Assembly (NCBI RefSeq): GCF_025526975.1
Contig: NW_026515679.1
Location: 744,001-799,348, forward strand
From: Fimicolochytrium jonesii
Taxonomy: Eukaryota
Length of the DNA stretch: 55,348 nucleotides
Direction of reading: 5' to 3'
The position numbers were made by a program, and so were the translations under genes. Each line of letters starts with the position of its first letter. Positions within the stretch are counted from its first letter, which is position 1. Shown here one piece after another: positions 12,902-23,341 of this stretch. A model generated the notes under the pieces. It was not told the DNA's origin. It was given only the letters and a program-made list of their open reading frames with translations, and did not search any database.

Positions 12902-13612
12902 TTAAAAAAAGTCGTGAAACCCGTCTTTGTCGCAATACCGGTACATCGTTCGCGCATCATCCGCTGCCAAATTCACATATGCAAACGAATACGGCTCCTT
13001 TGTGCTTTCCGTTAGATACGATAGAACTTCTTTTTTTGTCTTGAACGCACTTGTCAATAATTTCGCCAAAGATTCCATATCCTCCGAATTATTCTTAAAG
13101 ATTATGAATTCTGTTGTGTTGTTCTTCATCTTTCGAGTCAGTTGACCGCTCACGGATTGGATACACACCATGGTGGAGCAGAGAAAGTGGCGTCCTTTCG
13201 TATAAAGTTTAGACAACTCTTTGTTCAACTCCTTCCCTTGAGCATTGTCACCAGCATCGTCGATATACAACAGCAAGGACTTTCCGCTTTCCGCCAGCAA
13301 CTTTTGATCTTCCAAAATCTCGGCTATCATTGTATTATTCACTTCGTCTGTGAAAAAGATGTTCCTGTGCTTAGTGCTCTGTGCCAATTGTTTTATGCTC
13401 TTATCGTACAAGACTGTATCTGACATTATTATCACTCTGTCAAACACTTTTGCATAAACGTCTTCGATCAATCCACATACAAGAGCGGATTTCCCACTTT
13501 TGCGCGGTGCGATAAGTGTACTACATATGGGAGGAGCCTGAATGTCGATCGGAATGATTTTGTTTCGAACCTCGTTTTTCTTTGGGAAGATCGGTTTCGG
13601 TTTGTAAGACAT
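12902..13612 (-). CDS. A32-like (FtsK/HerA) packaging ATPase (copy 1)
   Basis: APRKSGKS, LLYIDD, KGRH, CIQS motifs. Confidence 0.9.
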   Translation of the reverse strand: MSYKPKPIFPKKNEVRNKIIPIDIQAPPICSTLIAPRKSGKSALVCGLIEDVYAKVFDRVIIMSDTVLYDKSIKQLAQSTKHRNIFFTDEVNNTMIAEILEDQKLLAESGKSLLLYIDDAGDNAQGKELNKELSKLYTKGRHFLCSTMVCIQSVSGQLTRKMKNNTTEFIIFKNNSEDMESLAKLLTSAFKTKKEVLSYLTESTKEPYSFAYVNLAADDARTMYRYCDKDGFHDFF

Positions 13613-13635
13613 TAATTCTCTTACCTTATTACTTA

Positions 13636-14355
13636 ATGTATTCAGAAATTTTATACTCTAGTGTCTCCCAACGTACATACAACATCCAACCTAGACGGAT
13701 TGAGGCTTTCAAAATACTGAGCGTCTCTTTCCTTCAAGATTGGGACCTGGTTGAAAGTAACGTGAATGACACTATCGCATTTGCCCAACAAGGTTCGGAT
13801 ACCATCTTGTACGCAAAGATCCCAAATGGTAATTACTCGATCGTTGACTTCCCAAACGCTGTTTCCACCGCTATGAATAGCGCGGCTGGCTCTAATGTAT
13901 ACTCTGCTACATTCGATGGTGTGAGACGCAAGTTAACGGTAAATAGCAACTCTGTTCCTTTCAAGATACTTCCTGGCAATCGTGGGTCAACAGCCTATAT
14001 TCTTATGGGAATGTCCCGTCGAGCGGATATTGGATTCGGTTCCTCTCACGAGATGAAGAATCCTGTCAATTTAAGCGGTTCATATCCTGTCATTTTGACT
14101 TCCAACATTCAATGCAAAGGCACCCAGTACCTGACAGATTATAACGACAGCGCTCAATCAATCTGTTGCAGCATCGTACCTGATAGTTTTGGGGACATTG
14201 TACAATATGAGAATTCAGGCGAGTTTCTTCCCGTTGGACAGACCATATCTCAAGTCGAGTTTCATCTTATCAATTCCCTTACCGGAACAGAAGTATCATT
14301 GAATTCTCCTTTAAGTGTCAGATTTGCGATTCTTGACGATGCAGATGATCTTTGA
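13636..14355 (+). CDS. Minor capsid (penton) protein (copy 1)
   Basis: Same protein as 22059-22778. Confidence 0.7.
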   Translation: MYSEILYSSVSQRTYNIQPRRIEAFKILSVSFLQDWDLVESNVNDTIAFAQQGSDTILYAKIPNGNYSIVDFPNAVSTAMNSAAGSNVYSATFDGVRRKLTVNSNSVPFKILPGNRGSTAYILMGMSRRADIGFGSSHEMKNPVNLSGSYPVILTSNIQCKGTQYLTDYNDSAQSICCSIVPDSFGDIVQYENSGEFLPVGQTISQVEFHLINSLTGTEVSLNSPLSVRFAILDDADDL

Positions 14356-14409
14356 CCGCACCTATTTTCCTCTTTAATATTTTGTTTTCTTTATTAAAAC
14401 TCGTGTTAA

Positions 14410-14673
14410 ATGAGCGAAGATCCAAATCATTCGAGTGCCTCTGCCGATTCTCCTGCCAATACTGACACGGTACAAGAATCTGTACAAGATTCAATACCGG
14501 AGATTCGACCCCCTTCACCGAAGCCAGAGTCAAAACCTAAAAAACAAAGAACACCCGCACAGGAAGCGGCTTTAAAGAAAGCCGTCGCCACACGGAAAAA
14601 AAACTTGCAAGAATTGTCCGCTATGAAGAAAAAGGAAAACGAAGATAGAAAGATCCAAGAAGCGAAAAAACTT
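14410..14673 (+). pseudogene. K-rich protein truncated by telomere repeats
   Basis: Matches the first ~88 aa of 22833-23315, then reads into TTAGGG. Confidence 0.85.
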
Positions 14674-14938
14674 AGGGTTAGGGTTAGGGTTAGGGTTAGG
14701 GTTAGGGTTAGGGTTAGGGTTAGGGGTTAGGGGTTAGGGGGTTAGGGTTAGGGTTAGGGTTAGGGTTAGGGTTAGGGTTAGGGTTAGGGTTAGGGTTAGG
14801 GTTAGGGTTAGGGTTAGGGGTTAGGGTTAGGGTTAGGGTTAGGATTAGGGTTACAAGACCCCCTGGGTTGGGTTTTATTATTGGGTTGCCTGGAACCCTA
14901 GGGACTTAGGGTTAGGGTTAGGGTTAGGGTTAGGGTTA
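14672..14938 (+). repeat. Interstitial telomeric tract containing a 52-bp abortive copy of the element B start (14854-14905)
   Basis: CAAGACCCCCTGGG..CCCTAGGGAC occurs at 14854 and again at 14939. Confidence 0.95.
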
Positions 14939-16670
14939 CAAGACCCCCTGGGTTGGGTTTTATTATTGGGTTGCCTGGAACCCTAGGGACTTAGAAATTT
15001 TCGGGTTTTCTGGCTTTTGGGTGTGTTCTACAGTTCGAATTTTTGACTCTGAGGGATGTAGTTGCGGGGGGTGTTGGGCACCTAAGCAAGTCGGGGAGGA
15101 CTAGGTGTGCAAGGGCAAGTGATGGGTCATATGGGCGGTGGTGCGGGTACGGGCGGCGGCAGGGGTGCCAATAGGGGGGGGGGTTTCCATAAAGGGGACA
15201 TATATGTTATATATACGTTATAGGACTTGTGCAAATTGGGATTCTAATAGTGCCGATCCGGAGTTGGCGTCCTAATTGAAAAGTTGGCCCCATATCATAT
15301 TCTCTAATTGAAGTACTCTCGGATTGGCAATCCGTGCGGAAACGGCTTCAGAAACTTAGAAAAACGAAATTTTTACGCGACGGGGGGTAAAAAGTTGGAA
15401 AATGTGGTGATATCTCAACATCTGGCTGACTATCCAGTGTAGAGCACTTAATGAAAGTTGATTGTAGCCTATGGTTTGCATAGCTGATGTGGTAGCAAAT
15501 CTTGTGTAACCTTGCTTTTGGCTGAAGAACAGGGCCCCTTTTCAATTCTCAAGTAGTGACCCCCAAGATCTCCTAACAAAAGACACGAGTACGTATGTGC
15601 AGGCAAAGGGGTTTGGCTGTGTTCTCCAGTAAATATTTTGTGATTCCGCTGTGCATCGTAGACTGTTTGTAGGACCGTTGCGGAATGTCATTTACCAAAA
15701 CTGTTGAACATTTTCCGGTTAAAGCAGTGTTCTACAGTTTGTCCATGCAGGTTAGAGCACGTGACCTGGGCTTGCTTGCAGGGTACGCAGAGTGAGAGGG
15801 TTGGGGTTAGAGATTTCCCAGATCACTTATTAAATTCAGCCAAACTGTCTCTGTCATGGAACATTTAAAATGGTGGAAAGTAGTATTGCATTTATTGATT
15901 TAGAGTACATTGGAAAAGCGCACATTCAGAAAAGGGTTTTGGTGTAAAGTTATCAACGACATTCAACAGTACTAAAGGACTTCCGCAAGCATGTCACGGA
16001 CTTGGTTCTGTCCAAAAGTCGTACGGCACTCAGGGTACCTGGCGCAGCGGAGACGGAAACGATGCTGACCGCCAATGCTATGAAAAGCTGAGCCTCCACA
16101 GTTGGGACATTGAAGCTGATCACGATGCTGATGGAAGAGTTCACGGATATTGCCAATGGGAGCAGCATCAGGCACTTCCCCATCCCCATGACCCCACCAA
16201 GCACGAGCAGGATCAATGACGGGTGCAATGCCTTTGAACCATCCGGGATTGAAACCAAAAGAGTTGAGAACATCTCGGAAGCGCTGACAGTCTGTCACAG
16301 TAGTCTGTCTATTGCGATCTCCTCTGAATAGAACTCTGGTGGCAGCGTCCATGATGCCATTGATGAGACTGTAGTACTCTTCCACCGGCACAAGCTTCAA
16401 GGAGTTTGCGCCCATGTGCTGGAAAATGGTCTCGATCTGGTCCAAATGGAGATTCAAAACCATCTGTTCCGCTGATTCCAACCTGGCGCACTGAACTCGC
16501 ACTTCAACTCGCATGCCAGTAATGTGGAGCGGGTGACTGTTGAGCCATTGACGTAAACCTCTCAGTGTCTCACTGCGATCCCCAAGGCTGGACTTGGTTT
16601 GGGGCATTCGCGAAGACAAAGTCGAAGAGTAGGCTTTGAGCGCATGAACAAGCTTTGGGTAGCAAGTAAC
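14939..16670. repeat. Telomere-associated element B, interrupted by PLV copy 2
   Basis: Starts GGGTTA|CAAGACC; near-identical to 53558-54974; carries a minus-strand ORF 3' end. Confidence 0.75.
15972..16670 (-). pseudogene. 3' part of element B ORF with C-terminal zinc ribbon; 5' end lost at the PLV junction
   Basis: Open frame ending ..CPNCGG..RLRCARYPECRTTF..; the ORF-finder start (16745) lies inside the PLV terminus. Confidence 0.55.
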
Positions 16671-17485
16671 TGTCACAGTCCACCCTATGGTATATACCAT
16701 AGGGTGGACTGTGACAGATCCTATAGTAAAAAAGAAGACTCCCATAGTAGAGAATGGACTGACCCATAGTTCGAAACTGCTCTGCCGGATCCCATAGTAA
16801 AAGAATTGTCACATATCATCTTATTCAACATTTAAACATCTCCCTTCACGACATCGGATCACGTGACGGCACATGACTTCTCTCCATTCATTTCGAGTCA
16901 CATTGCGTCATCTTCTGTCATTCCGCCGCTGTCCTGTCAACCGTCAATCCGTCACGCGTTCCCTCCATTCCGCTCATGACCGCCGCCATTCCTCTCAAAC
17001 CTCTTTAACTTAACCTTCGCCTCCGTCCACAGCCGTAGACACTTTCTTCACATCGTCCCTCTACATCCACCTCTTCATTCACTTATTCGTTTTTGTTAAC
17101 GTCAAATCTACCTAGTTGTTCTCCGATTGGTGACAAAGTGAAATAAGTTATACGACTTTTACACGTTGTCACCTTTCGGAGAACAAGAATGCTTCTCACA
17201 CGTTTCTCTTCGTTCCTCTTGGAAAAAAGAGGGAAAATAAATGACGCCTCCCCACCCACCCCTCCATTCACTCTTTCGTTTCTGCTACAGTCACATTCTA
17301 CCCAGTTGTTCTCCGATCGGTGACAAAGTGAAATAAGTTATACGACTTTTACACGTTGTCACCTTTCGGAGAACAACAATGCTCCTCACACGTTTCTCTC
17401 CGTTCCTCTTGGAAAAAAAAGGAAAAATAAATGACGCCTCCCCACCACCCCCTTCATCAATCCAATGAAGACCATATCTTATTCA
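16671..17485 (+). repeat. Left TIR (815 bp) beginning with a perfect 46-bp palindrome
   Basis: Reverse complement of 40925-41739. Confidence 0.93.
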
Positions 17486-17528
17486 AAACAATATTTACAA
17501 ATTGGGAAATACAGTCGCTTCTTAATCA

Positions 17529-18089
17529 CTAGTTTACAACGATGCTCTTCATCTTTTCAAGGATAAGGGATTGAATCGCATCGGTGCTTGGTACATAATG
17601 CAATCCAAGCGCGCATAGTTTTTGCTTTGACATTCCATCTATAATCCTGTACGGTTGAAGACGGAACTCCTTTCCCCTCACGGAGGCAACACCGCACATA
17701 TGCATGGTCACAATATCATACACTCGCCCGTTCTCGTCCTCTAACCACACATGTGCATCCACTCGATCGCCTCGGTTAAACTGATGAAATTCTGTCCACG
17801 TTTCTCCACCGTATTCAAAGAATGGCTTCGTACGACCTATGCCGAGAGAACCAGCAACGATCTTAAGGTTGAGATGTTTCCATCCGTCGTTGGCGTTCAC
17901 GGTGTTGTAAGCAAGGCATTGATGATCTTCGCAATAAATCCCCTTGCGTATTTCGTAAAATTCATGATAGACTTTTCGGGCAGAGGGGAAAAAAGGGCTT
18001 GGAACAAGAATTTTTTTGAATTGACTGCTCAACGTGTGTCCGATTTGCGCCATTGCCATCAATGCGAGTAGATTGCTTGTAAAATCCAT
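17529..18089 (-). CDS. 186-aa protein, possibly transglutaminase-like cysteine-protease fold
   Basis: HQCLAYN ... DAHVWLEDENGRVYDI resembles a Cys/His-x-Trp/Asp triad pattern. Confidence 0.45.
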   Translation of the reverse strand: MDFTSNLLALMAMAQIGHTLSSQFKKILVPSPFFPSARKVYHEFYEIRKGIYCEDHQCLAYNTVNANDGWKHLNLKIVAGSLGIGRTKPFFEYGGETWTEFHQFNRGDRVDAHVWLEDENGRVYDIVTMHMCGVASVRGKEFRLQPYRIIDGMSKQKLCALGLHYVPSTDAIQSLILEKMKSIVVN

Positions 18090-18434
18090 TTTGATTGGGA
18101 GTTTCGATTGGCGGTTAGGAGATCTGAATGTTTGAGGCCAAAAGTTTCCGTTAGTTTGACTTTATTTATAGAGGAAGAATGCTTCTCGATAGAGCATACG
18201 GATTAGCGGTCATCCATCTCGAAGCAACCCCTGAACGCATGAGCAGCGGTCATCCATCTCGAAACAAATCTTGGTGCGGGACCAGGACCAAATCCGATAA
18301 CAACTTACACTCGATAATAACTCCTGACGTCATCGGATTTTCATTATTGATAATAACCTAATTCACATAAAAGCGACCGCACTATAGGTTCCTAACTTTT
18401 TTCTTTCCTTATTTCAAAAGGAAACCTATTAAAT

Positions 18435-19571
18435 ATGTCCGAATTTCTATTGAAAACCGCCGATTTGTCTCAATTTCTGGATCGTAATAAGGCTGATTTT
18501 GCGAATACTTCTAGAGAAGTTAAACGATTTCAGCAACATGGAGTATTTGACTCGATTGAACGATTATCCGCTTTGAATGAAGTTAAAAGTCTGATCAATA
18601 AATCCAAAATCTCTGCTCGCACTCCGAACGGGATCTCGAATAAATCCATGTCCGATGCCATAGGTAAAGTCCACCGGATCTTCAAAAACGCCGGATATGA
18701 AAGATTGAATATAACCCCCGAGTTATTCGATAAGACGAGAAAGCCTTTGGCGGACGAATCTCACAGATTGAACAACGAATATAATGCAAAGAGACGTCAA
18801 GGAATTCAACCCGAAATTTGGATTGAAGACTGGCAATCCGTTATGAAGGCAATGAAGAAGTATTATGAAGATAATCTTATGGAAATCTTCGATATGAACA
18901 CTCCGAGTCTTTACCAGATTCAGTCCTTGCAAGATGGAATCATTGGGCTTTTCGTTTGTTATTTTTACAATGTTCGCGCGAACTTTGCAAACTTGAAAAT
19001 ATTCAATCGGGATGGCGTAGATTGGAATAAAGACAATATTTTCATCTTTGATCAAAGGGACCCGAAAAAGGAAGGAAATGCGTCAATCTTATGGAATGAT
19101 CGAAAGGCTGATCGCATCAAGAAAAGAAAACATGCGAAAATTGACGGAGTCGAGGATAAAGATCTGAACGGGTCGTATTTGCAATTCTTTACCGCTCCGC
19201 CGCACAGCGATATTGTGGATGTGGATCCTAAATACGTCTGTGACATTTTACTTCGATTTATTCAAAAGTTCCGCAAAGAAGGGAATTTGATCTTCCTGGA
19301 TGCAAAAGGCAAGGAGTTCAAGATGGATACATTTCGAGAGCACATTCAAGCGATTATGGAAAAGGCATGCGGTCAAAAACATGGGATTCGTCTTTGTCGC
19401 AAGGTACAGATCACCCATCTCCGTAAAAATGGTATCTCGCGAGCCTCTTCCATTTTCCTAGCAGACAATTGCCACCACAATGAGGAGGAAAATCTGAACT
19501 ACTGCAGTGATGCTGTTCCGAAACCTACTGCCGGTTCCTCTCAAACTCCCGCAGCAGACCCGGAGCATTGA
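18435..19571 (+). CDS. Divergent tyrosine recombinase-superfamily protein (candidate telomere resolvase)
   Basis: NVRANF (Arg I); GIRLCRKVQITH..LADNCHHNEEENLNY resembles HxLR..LGH..Y spacing. Confidence 0.65.
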   Translation: MSEFLLKTADLSQFLDRNKADFANTSREVKRFQQHGVFDSIERLSALNEVKSLINKSKISARTPNGISNKSMSDAIGKVHRIFKNAGYERLNITPELFDKTRKPLADESHRLNNEYNAKRRQGIQPEIWIEDWQSVMKAMKKYYEDNLMEIFDMNTPSLYQIQSLQDGIIGLFVCYFYNVRANFANLKIFNRDGVDWNKDNIFIFDQRDPKKEGNASILWNDRKADRIKKRKHAKIDGVEDKDLNGSYLQFFTAPPHSDIVDVDPKYVCDILLRFIQKFRKEGNLIFLDAKGKEFKMDTFREHIQAIMEKACGQKHGIRLCRKVQITHLRKNGISRASSIFLADNCHHNEEENLNYCSDAVPKPTAGSSQTPAADPEH

Positions 19572-20925
19572 TATTAGATCTTGGCTCCCATGTCGATTGA
19601 CTTAATGGATAATTACGATATTTTACTAAATATTCGACTATAGTCCTTTTGCCTACTTTTCTTGTTCGTTTATCTGCAATATATTCCACTTCATATTCTA
19701 CGTCTTTGTTTAATCTCCCCGACCGCCTGGGAGGGGGTTGAATCGCTTCCTCTTCCTCGTCCTCTTCACCCTGTCCATCATCCGGTGGTTCAAGATTCTC
19801 TACAGTCCGTGGGCGTTCGATACGCTGGTCAGGTGTAGGTACAAGCAATAATTGCGATCTTGCAAAAAGTCCTTTCTCGATCGTCCCATCTTGACTTTTA
19901 AGTTTGTAGGATGGTAATTGATTTTCATATGGTGATGCCACCACACCTGCGATTGTGTATAGTTCCGGTGCAAAGTATCCTGTCCTGCTTGGTTTCTTAA
20001 TGTTTGTTCCAGAATATGGAAACACCTTTCTCACCGTTTCTCCAACCTTCAAAGTTGTTGCTCCACGAACATTCACACTTTTTGCCGCACGACGCAAAAT
20101 ATTACCACCCGCTTCTGAATGAGTCGCAGAATCTGGAGCAGATTCCTCTATTTCATCCGGTGATTTGCGCGTAGTCGAATTGAAAGTGGAATTCAACGAA
20201 TCTATCAATCCGGGCAGTGCCGTTACCCAGTCCTTGTTCCCTGTTGTTTCCATGAATATGGAGATCTGTTTACGAACAGATGCATTAGATCGCTCGATTA
20301 TTCCATTCGACCATGGCTGATGTGGACGTGTTGTAAAATGTGGAACATTGATACTTTCTAAGTACTGGTCAAACACGTTTGCAAATTTGCCCCCATTGTC
20401 ACTTACTAAACGCGTGAATGTCATATTGGGATTCTCCCTTATAATCTCGCGTAGTGCCCTTGTGCATTCCGCTGCTGTCTTTCCCTTTATCGCTTTTCCG
20501 TAGAGTTTTCTTGAAAATGTGTCAATCATACTGAAAACCGCACTAAACCCTCTGTAAGAATCGCTTGACATATCCATTGTATCACATTGAAATGATCCTA
20601 ATGAGGTAGAAACGATAGCACGTACACCAGTTGCTCGAACGGGTCTCCTGAATTTCTGTGCTATCGGTTGTCTCGATAGCCAGTTCATTACTTGTCTTCG
20701 AGATATGTTATTTTGCGGATCTTTCCGCAACATGAAATATAGACGATCGCGTCCATAGAAGTTTCGTCCTTCATAGAATAATGCTTTCAGTTTCCCTTCT
20801 TGCTCCGGGGTTAACGGCGGAGTCATTGATCTTTGCTTATTGACCAGAAATTTAATCAGTTTCTGGTCATTTTTGTCATTGTTCGGTAAAAATTGATAAA
20901 ACACCTGAATCTTTTTCTCGGGCAT
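19525..20925 (-). CDS. rve (DDE) integrase with C-terminal chromodomain
   Basis: FQCDTMD, LVSDNGG, NGIIERSN; YEVEYIADKR..EYLVKYRNYPLSQSTWEPRSNI. The true start may be the downstream MTPPLT. Confidence 0.93.
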   Translation of the reverse strand: MPEKKIQVFYQFLPNNDKNDQKLIKFLVNKQRSMTPPLTPEQEGKLKALFYEGRNFYGRDRLYFMLRKDPQNNISRRQVMNWLSRQPIAQKFRRPVRATGVRAIVSTSLGSFQCDTMDMSSDSYRGFSAVFSMIDTFSRKLYGKAIKGKTAAECTRALREIIRENPNMTFTRLVSDNGGKFANVFDQYLESINVPHFTTRPHQPWSNGIIERSNASVRKQISIFMETTGNKDWVTALPGLIDSLNSTFNSTTRKSPDEIEESAPDSATHSEAGGNILRRAAKSVNVRGATTLKVGETVRKVFPYSGTNIKKPSRTGYFAPELYTIAGVVASPYENQLPSYKLKSQDGTIEKGLFARSQLLLVPTPDQRIERPRTVENLEPPDDGQGEEDEEEEAIQPPPRRSGRLNKDVEYEVEYIADKRTRKVGKRTIVEYLVKYRNYPLSQSTWEPRSNINAPGLLREFERNRQ

Positions 20926-21093
20926 GAGCGCTCAGTAAAGAGGTCATGCTATATAGGCAAAGATTCGAAAAAGCCTGAAAATGCACAACCCAAAATAATA
21001 AAATGGCTCAGGAGTTTGGTCGCGCGGAAGTCTTTGTTGCTCAACTCGTAGAATAGTTTTTCGTCTTATTCAGGACGGAAATCTTGGAAATCT

Positions 21094-21303
21094 TCAAGCG
21101 GTCTTTTTCCGCCTAGTGACTTTTGGTTTTACCTGGTCGTCTAAAATCTTCTGTACCAATGCTTCTGCCATTTCCTTCTGTAAGGATTCGAGTATTTCTT
21201 TTCTGGAGTTTTCGTTAACGTCTAACCAAAGGCGATCTTGCGAAAGCGCTGCTAATACGGTGTCATACGTTTCCTTTGTTACAATTTCTGGTATATAGAA
21301 CAT
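21094..21303 (-). CDS. Hypothetical 69-aa protein
   Basis: Conserved in both copies, tightly packed behind the ATPase. Confidence 0.55.
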   Translation of the reverse strand: MFYIPEIVTKETYDTVLAALSQDRLWLDVNENSRKEILESLQKEMAEALVQKILDDQVKPKVTRRKKTA

Positions 21304-21324
21304 TTCTATTCAAAAACCAACAAT

Positions 21325-22035
21325 TTAAAAAAAGTCGTGAAACCCGTCTTTGTCGCAATAACGGTACATCGTTCGCGCATCATCCGCTGCCAAATTCACA
21401 TATGCAAACGAATACGGCTCCTTTGTGCTTTCCGTTAGATATGATAGAACTTCTTTTTTTGTCTTGAACGCACTTGTCAATAATTTCGCCAAAGATTCCA
21501 TATCCTCCGAATTATTCTTAAAGATTATGAATTCTGTTGTGTTGTTCTTCATCTTTCGAGTCAGTTGACCGCTCACGGATTGGATACACACCATGGTGGA
21601 GCAGAGAAAGTGGCGTCCTTTCGTATAAAGTTTAGACAACTCTTTGTTCAACTCCTTCCCTTGAGCATTGTCACCAGCATCGTCGATATACAACAGCAAG
21701 GACTTTCCGCTTTCCGCCAGCAACTTTTGATCTTCCAGAATCTCGGCTATCATTGTATTATTCACTTCGTCTGTGAAAAAGATGTTCCTGTGCTTAGTGC
21801 TCTGTGCCAATTGTTTTATGCTCTTATCGTACAAGACTGTATCTGACATTATTATCACTCTGTCAAACACTTTTGCATAAACGTCTTCGATCAATCCACA
21901 TACAAGAGCGGATTTCCCACTTTTGCGCGGTGCGATAAGTGTACTACATATGGGAGGAGCCTGAATGTCGATCGGAATGATTTTGTTTCGAACCTCGTTT
22001 TTCTTTGGGAAGATCGGTTTCGGTTTGTAAGACAT
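21325..22035 (-). CDS. A32-like packaging ATPase
   Basis: Walker A APRKSGKS, Walker B LLYIDD, arginine motif KGRH, Q sensor CIQS. Confidence 0.92.
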   Translation of the reverse strand: MSYKPKPIFPKKNEVRNKIIPIDIQAPPICSTLIAPRKSGKSALVCGLIEDVYAKVFDRVIIMSDTVLYDKSIKQLAQSTKHRNIFFTDEVNNTMIAEILEDQKLLAESGKSLLLYIDDAGDNAQGKELNKELSKLYTKGRHFLCSTMVCIQSVSGQLTRKMKNNTTEFIIFKNNSEDMESLAKLLTSAFKTKKEVLSYLTESTKEPYSFAYVNLAADDARTMYRYCDKDGFHDFF

Positions 22036-22058
22036 TAATTCTCTTACCTTATTACTAA

Positions 22059-22778
22059 ATGTATTCAGAAATTTTATACTCTAGTGTCTCCCAACGTACA
22101 TACAACATCCAACCTAGACGGATTGAGGCTTTCAAAATACTGAGCGTCTCTTTCCTTCAAGATTGGGACCTGGTTGAAAGTAACGTGAATGACACTATCG
22201 CATTTGCCCAACAAGGTTCGGATACCATCTTGTACGCAAAGATCCCAAATGGTAATTACTCGATCGTTGACTTCCCAAACGCTGTTTCCACCGCTATGAA
22301 TAGCGCGGCTGGCTCTAATGTATACTCTGCTACATTCGATGGTGTTAGACGCAAGTTAACGGTAAATAGCAACTCTGTTCCTTTCAAGATACTTCCTGGC
22401 AATCGTGGGTCAACAGCCTATATTCTTATGGGAATGTCCCGTCGAGCGGATATTGGATTCGGTTCCTCTCACGAGATGAAGAATCCTGTCAATTTAAGCG
22501 GTTCATATCCTGTCATTTTGACTTCCAACATTCAATGCAAAGGCACCCAGTACCTGACAGATTATAACGACAGCGCTCAATCAATCTGTTGCAGCATCGT
22601 ACCTGATAGTTTTGGGGACATTGTACAATATGAGAATTCAGGCGAGTTTCTTCCCGTTGGACAGACCATATCTCAAGTCGAGTTTCATCTTATCAATTCC
22701 CTTACCGGAACAGAAGTATCATTGAATTCTCCTTTAAGTGTCAGATTTGCGATTCTTGACGATGCAGATGATCTTTGA
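22059..22778 (+). CDS. Minor capsid (penton, single jelly roll) protein
   Basis: 239 aa, beta-rich, IPNGNYS motif typical of PLV/Polinton pentons; lies between ATPase and MCP. Confidence 0.7.
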   Translation: MYSEILYSSVSQRTYNIQPRRIEAFKILSVSFLQDWDLVESNVNDTIAFAQQGSDTILYAKIPNGNYSIVDFPNAVSTAMNSAAGSNVYSATFDGVRRKLTVNSNSVPFKILPGNRGSTAYILMGMSRRADIGFGSSHEMKNPVNLSGSYPVILTSNIQCKGTQYLTDYNDSAQSICCSIVPDSFGDIVQYENSGEFLPVGQTISQVEFHLINSLTGTEVSLNSPLSVRFAILDDADDL

Positions 22779-22832
22779 CCGCACCTATGTTCCTCTTAAA
22801 TATTTTGTTTTCTTTATAAAAACTCGTGTTAA

Positions 22833-23315
22833 ATGAGCGAAGATCCAAATCATTCGAGTGCCTCTCCCGACTCTCCTGCCAATACTGAAACGGTACAAGA
22901 ATCTGTACAAGATTCTATACCGGAGATTCGACCACCTTCACCAAAGCCAGAGTCAAAACCTAAAAAGCAAAGAACACCCGCACAGGAAGCGGCTTTAAAG
23001 AAAGCCGTTGCCACACGGAAAAAAAACTTGCAAGAATTGTCCGCTATGAAGAAAAAGGAAAGCGAAGATAGAAAAATCCAAGAAGCGAAACAACTTCTTG
23101 AAAAGGAGAAACTCGCAAAGAAATTGGCGAAAGAGGAAAAGGCTAAATTAAAGCCGCAAACATCACAAACCGCTAAACGGGCACGTTCAATCAAAGTTCC
23201 ACATAATGAACCGACTGCAATTCGGTCAAAACCAAGTCAAGAAACGGAATATGTTGAGTTTGACACTGACTACGACGATGATGGCTACGACGATTACGGT
23301 GGAATTTATGGCTAA
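22833..23315 (+). CDS. Lys-rich protein with acidic tail, possible DNA-binding core protein
   Basis: KPKKQRTPAQEAALKKA basic coiled region, DTDYDDDGYDDY tail; located in the capsid module. Confidence 0.55.
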   Translation: MSEDPNHSSASPDSPANTETVQESVQDSIPEIRPPSPKPESKPKKQRTPAQEAALKKAVATRKKNLQELSAMKKKESEDRKIQEAKQLLEKEKLAKKLAKEEKAKLKPQTSQTAKRARSIKVPHNEPTAIRSKPSQETEYVEFDTDYDDDGYDDYGGIYG

Positions 23316-23341
23316 TTTTTTTTTTGTACTTATTAGTAAAC

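Larger units (their letters stand above)
8417..14673. mobile_element. PLV copy 1: left ~6.3 kb, truncated by telomere addition
   Basis: Near-identical to 16671-23097 except the subterminal gene. Begins with the 46-bp palindrome and ends inside the K-rich ORF at ..GAAAAAACTT|AGGG. Confidence 0.92.

Noticed and set aside
17116..17441. CRISPR-like or tRNA-like reading of the palindromic repeats
   Set aside because: Invariant spacer, dispersed copies, no cas genes, no cloverleaf.
15951..17485. A 1.5-kb TIR including the 257-aa ORF
   Set aside because: Copy 1 diverges exactly at the palindrome, and 15951-16670 belongs to element B, which also occurs without the virus at 53558-54974. The true TIR is 815 bp.
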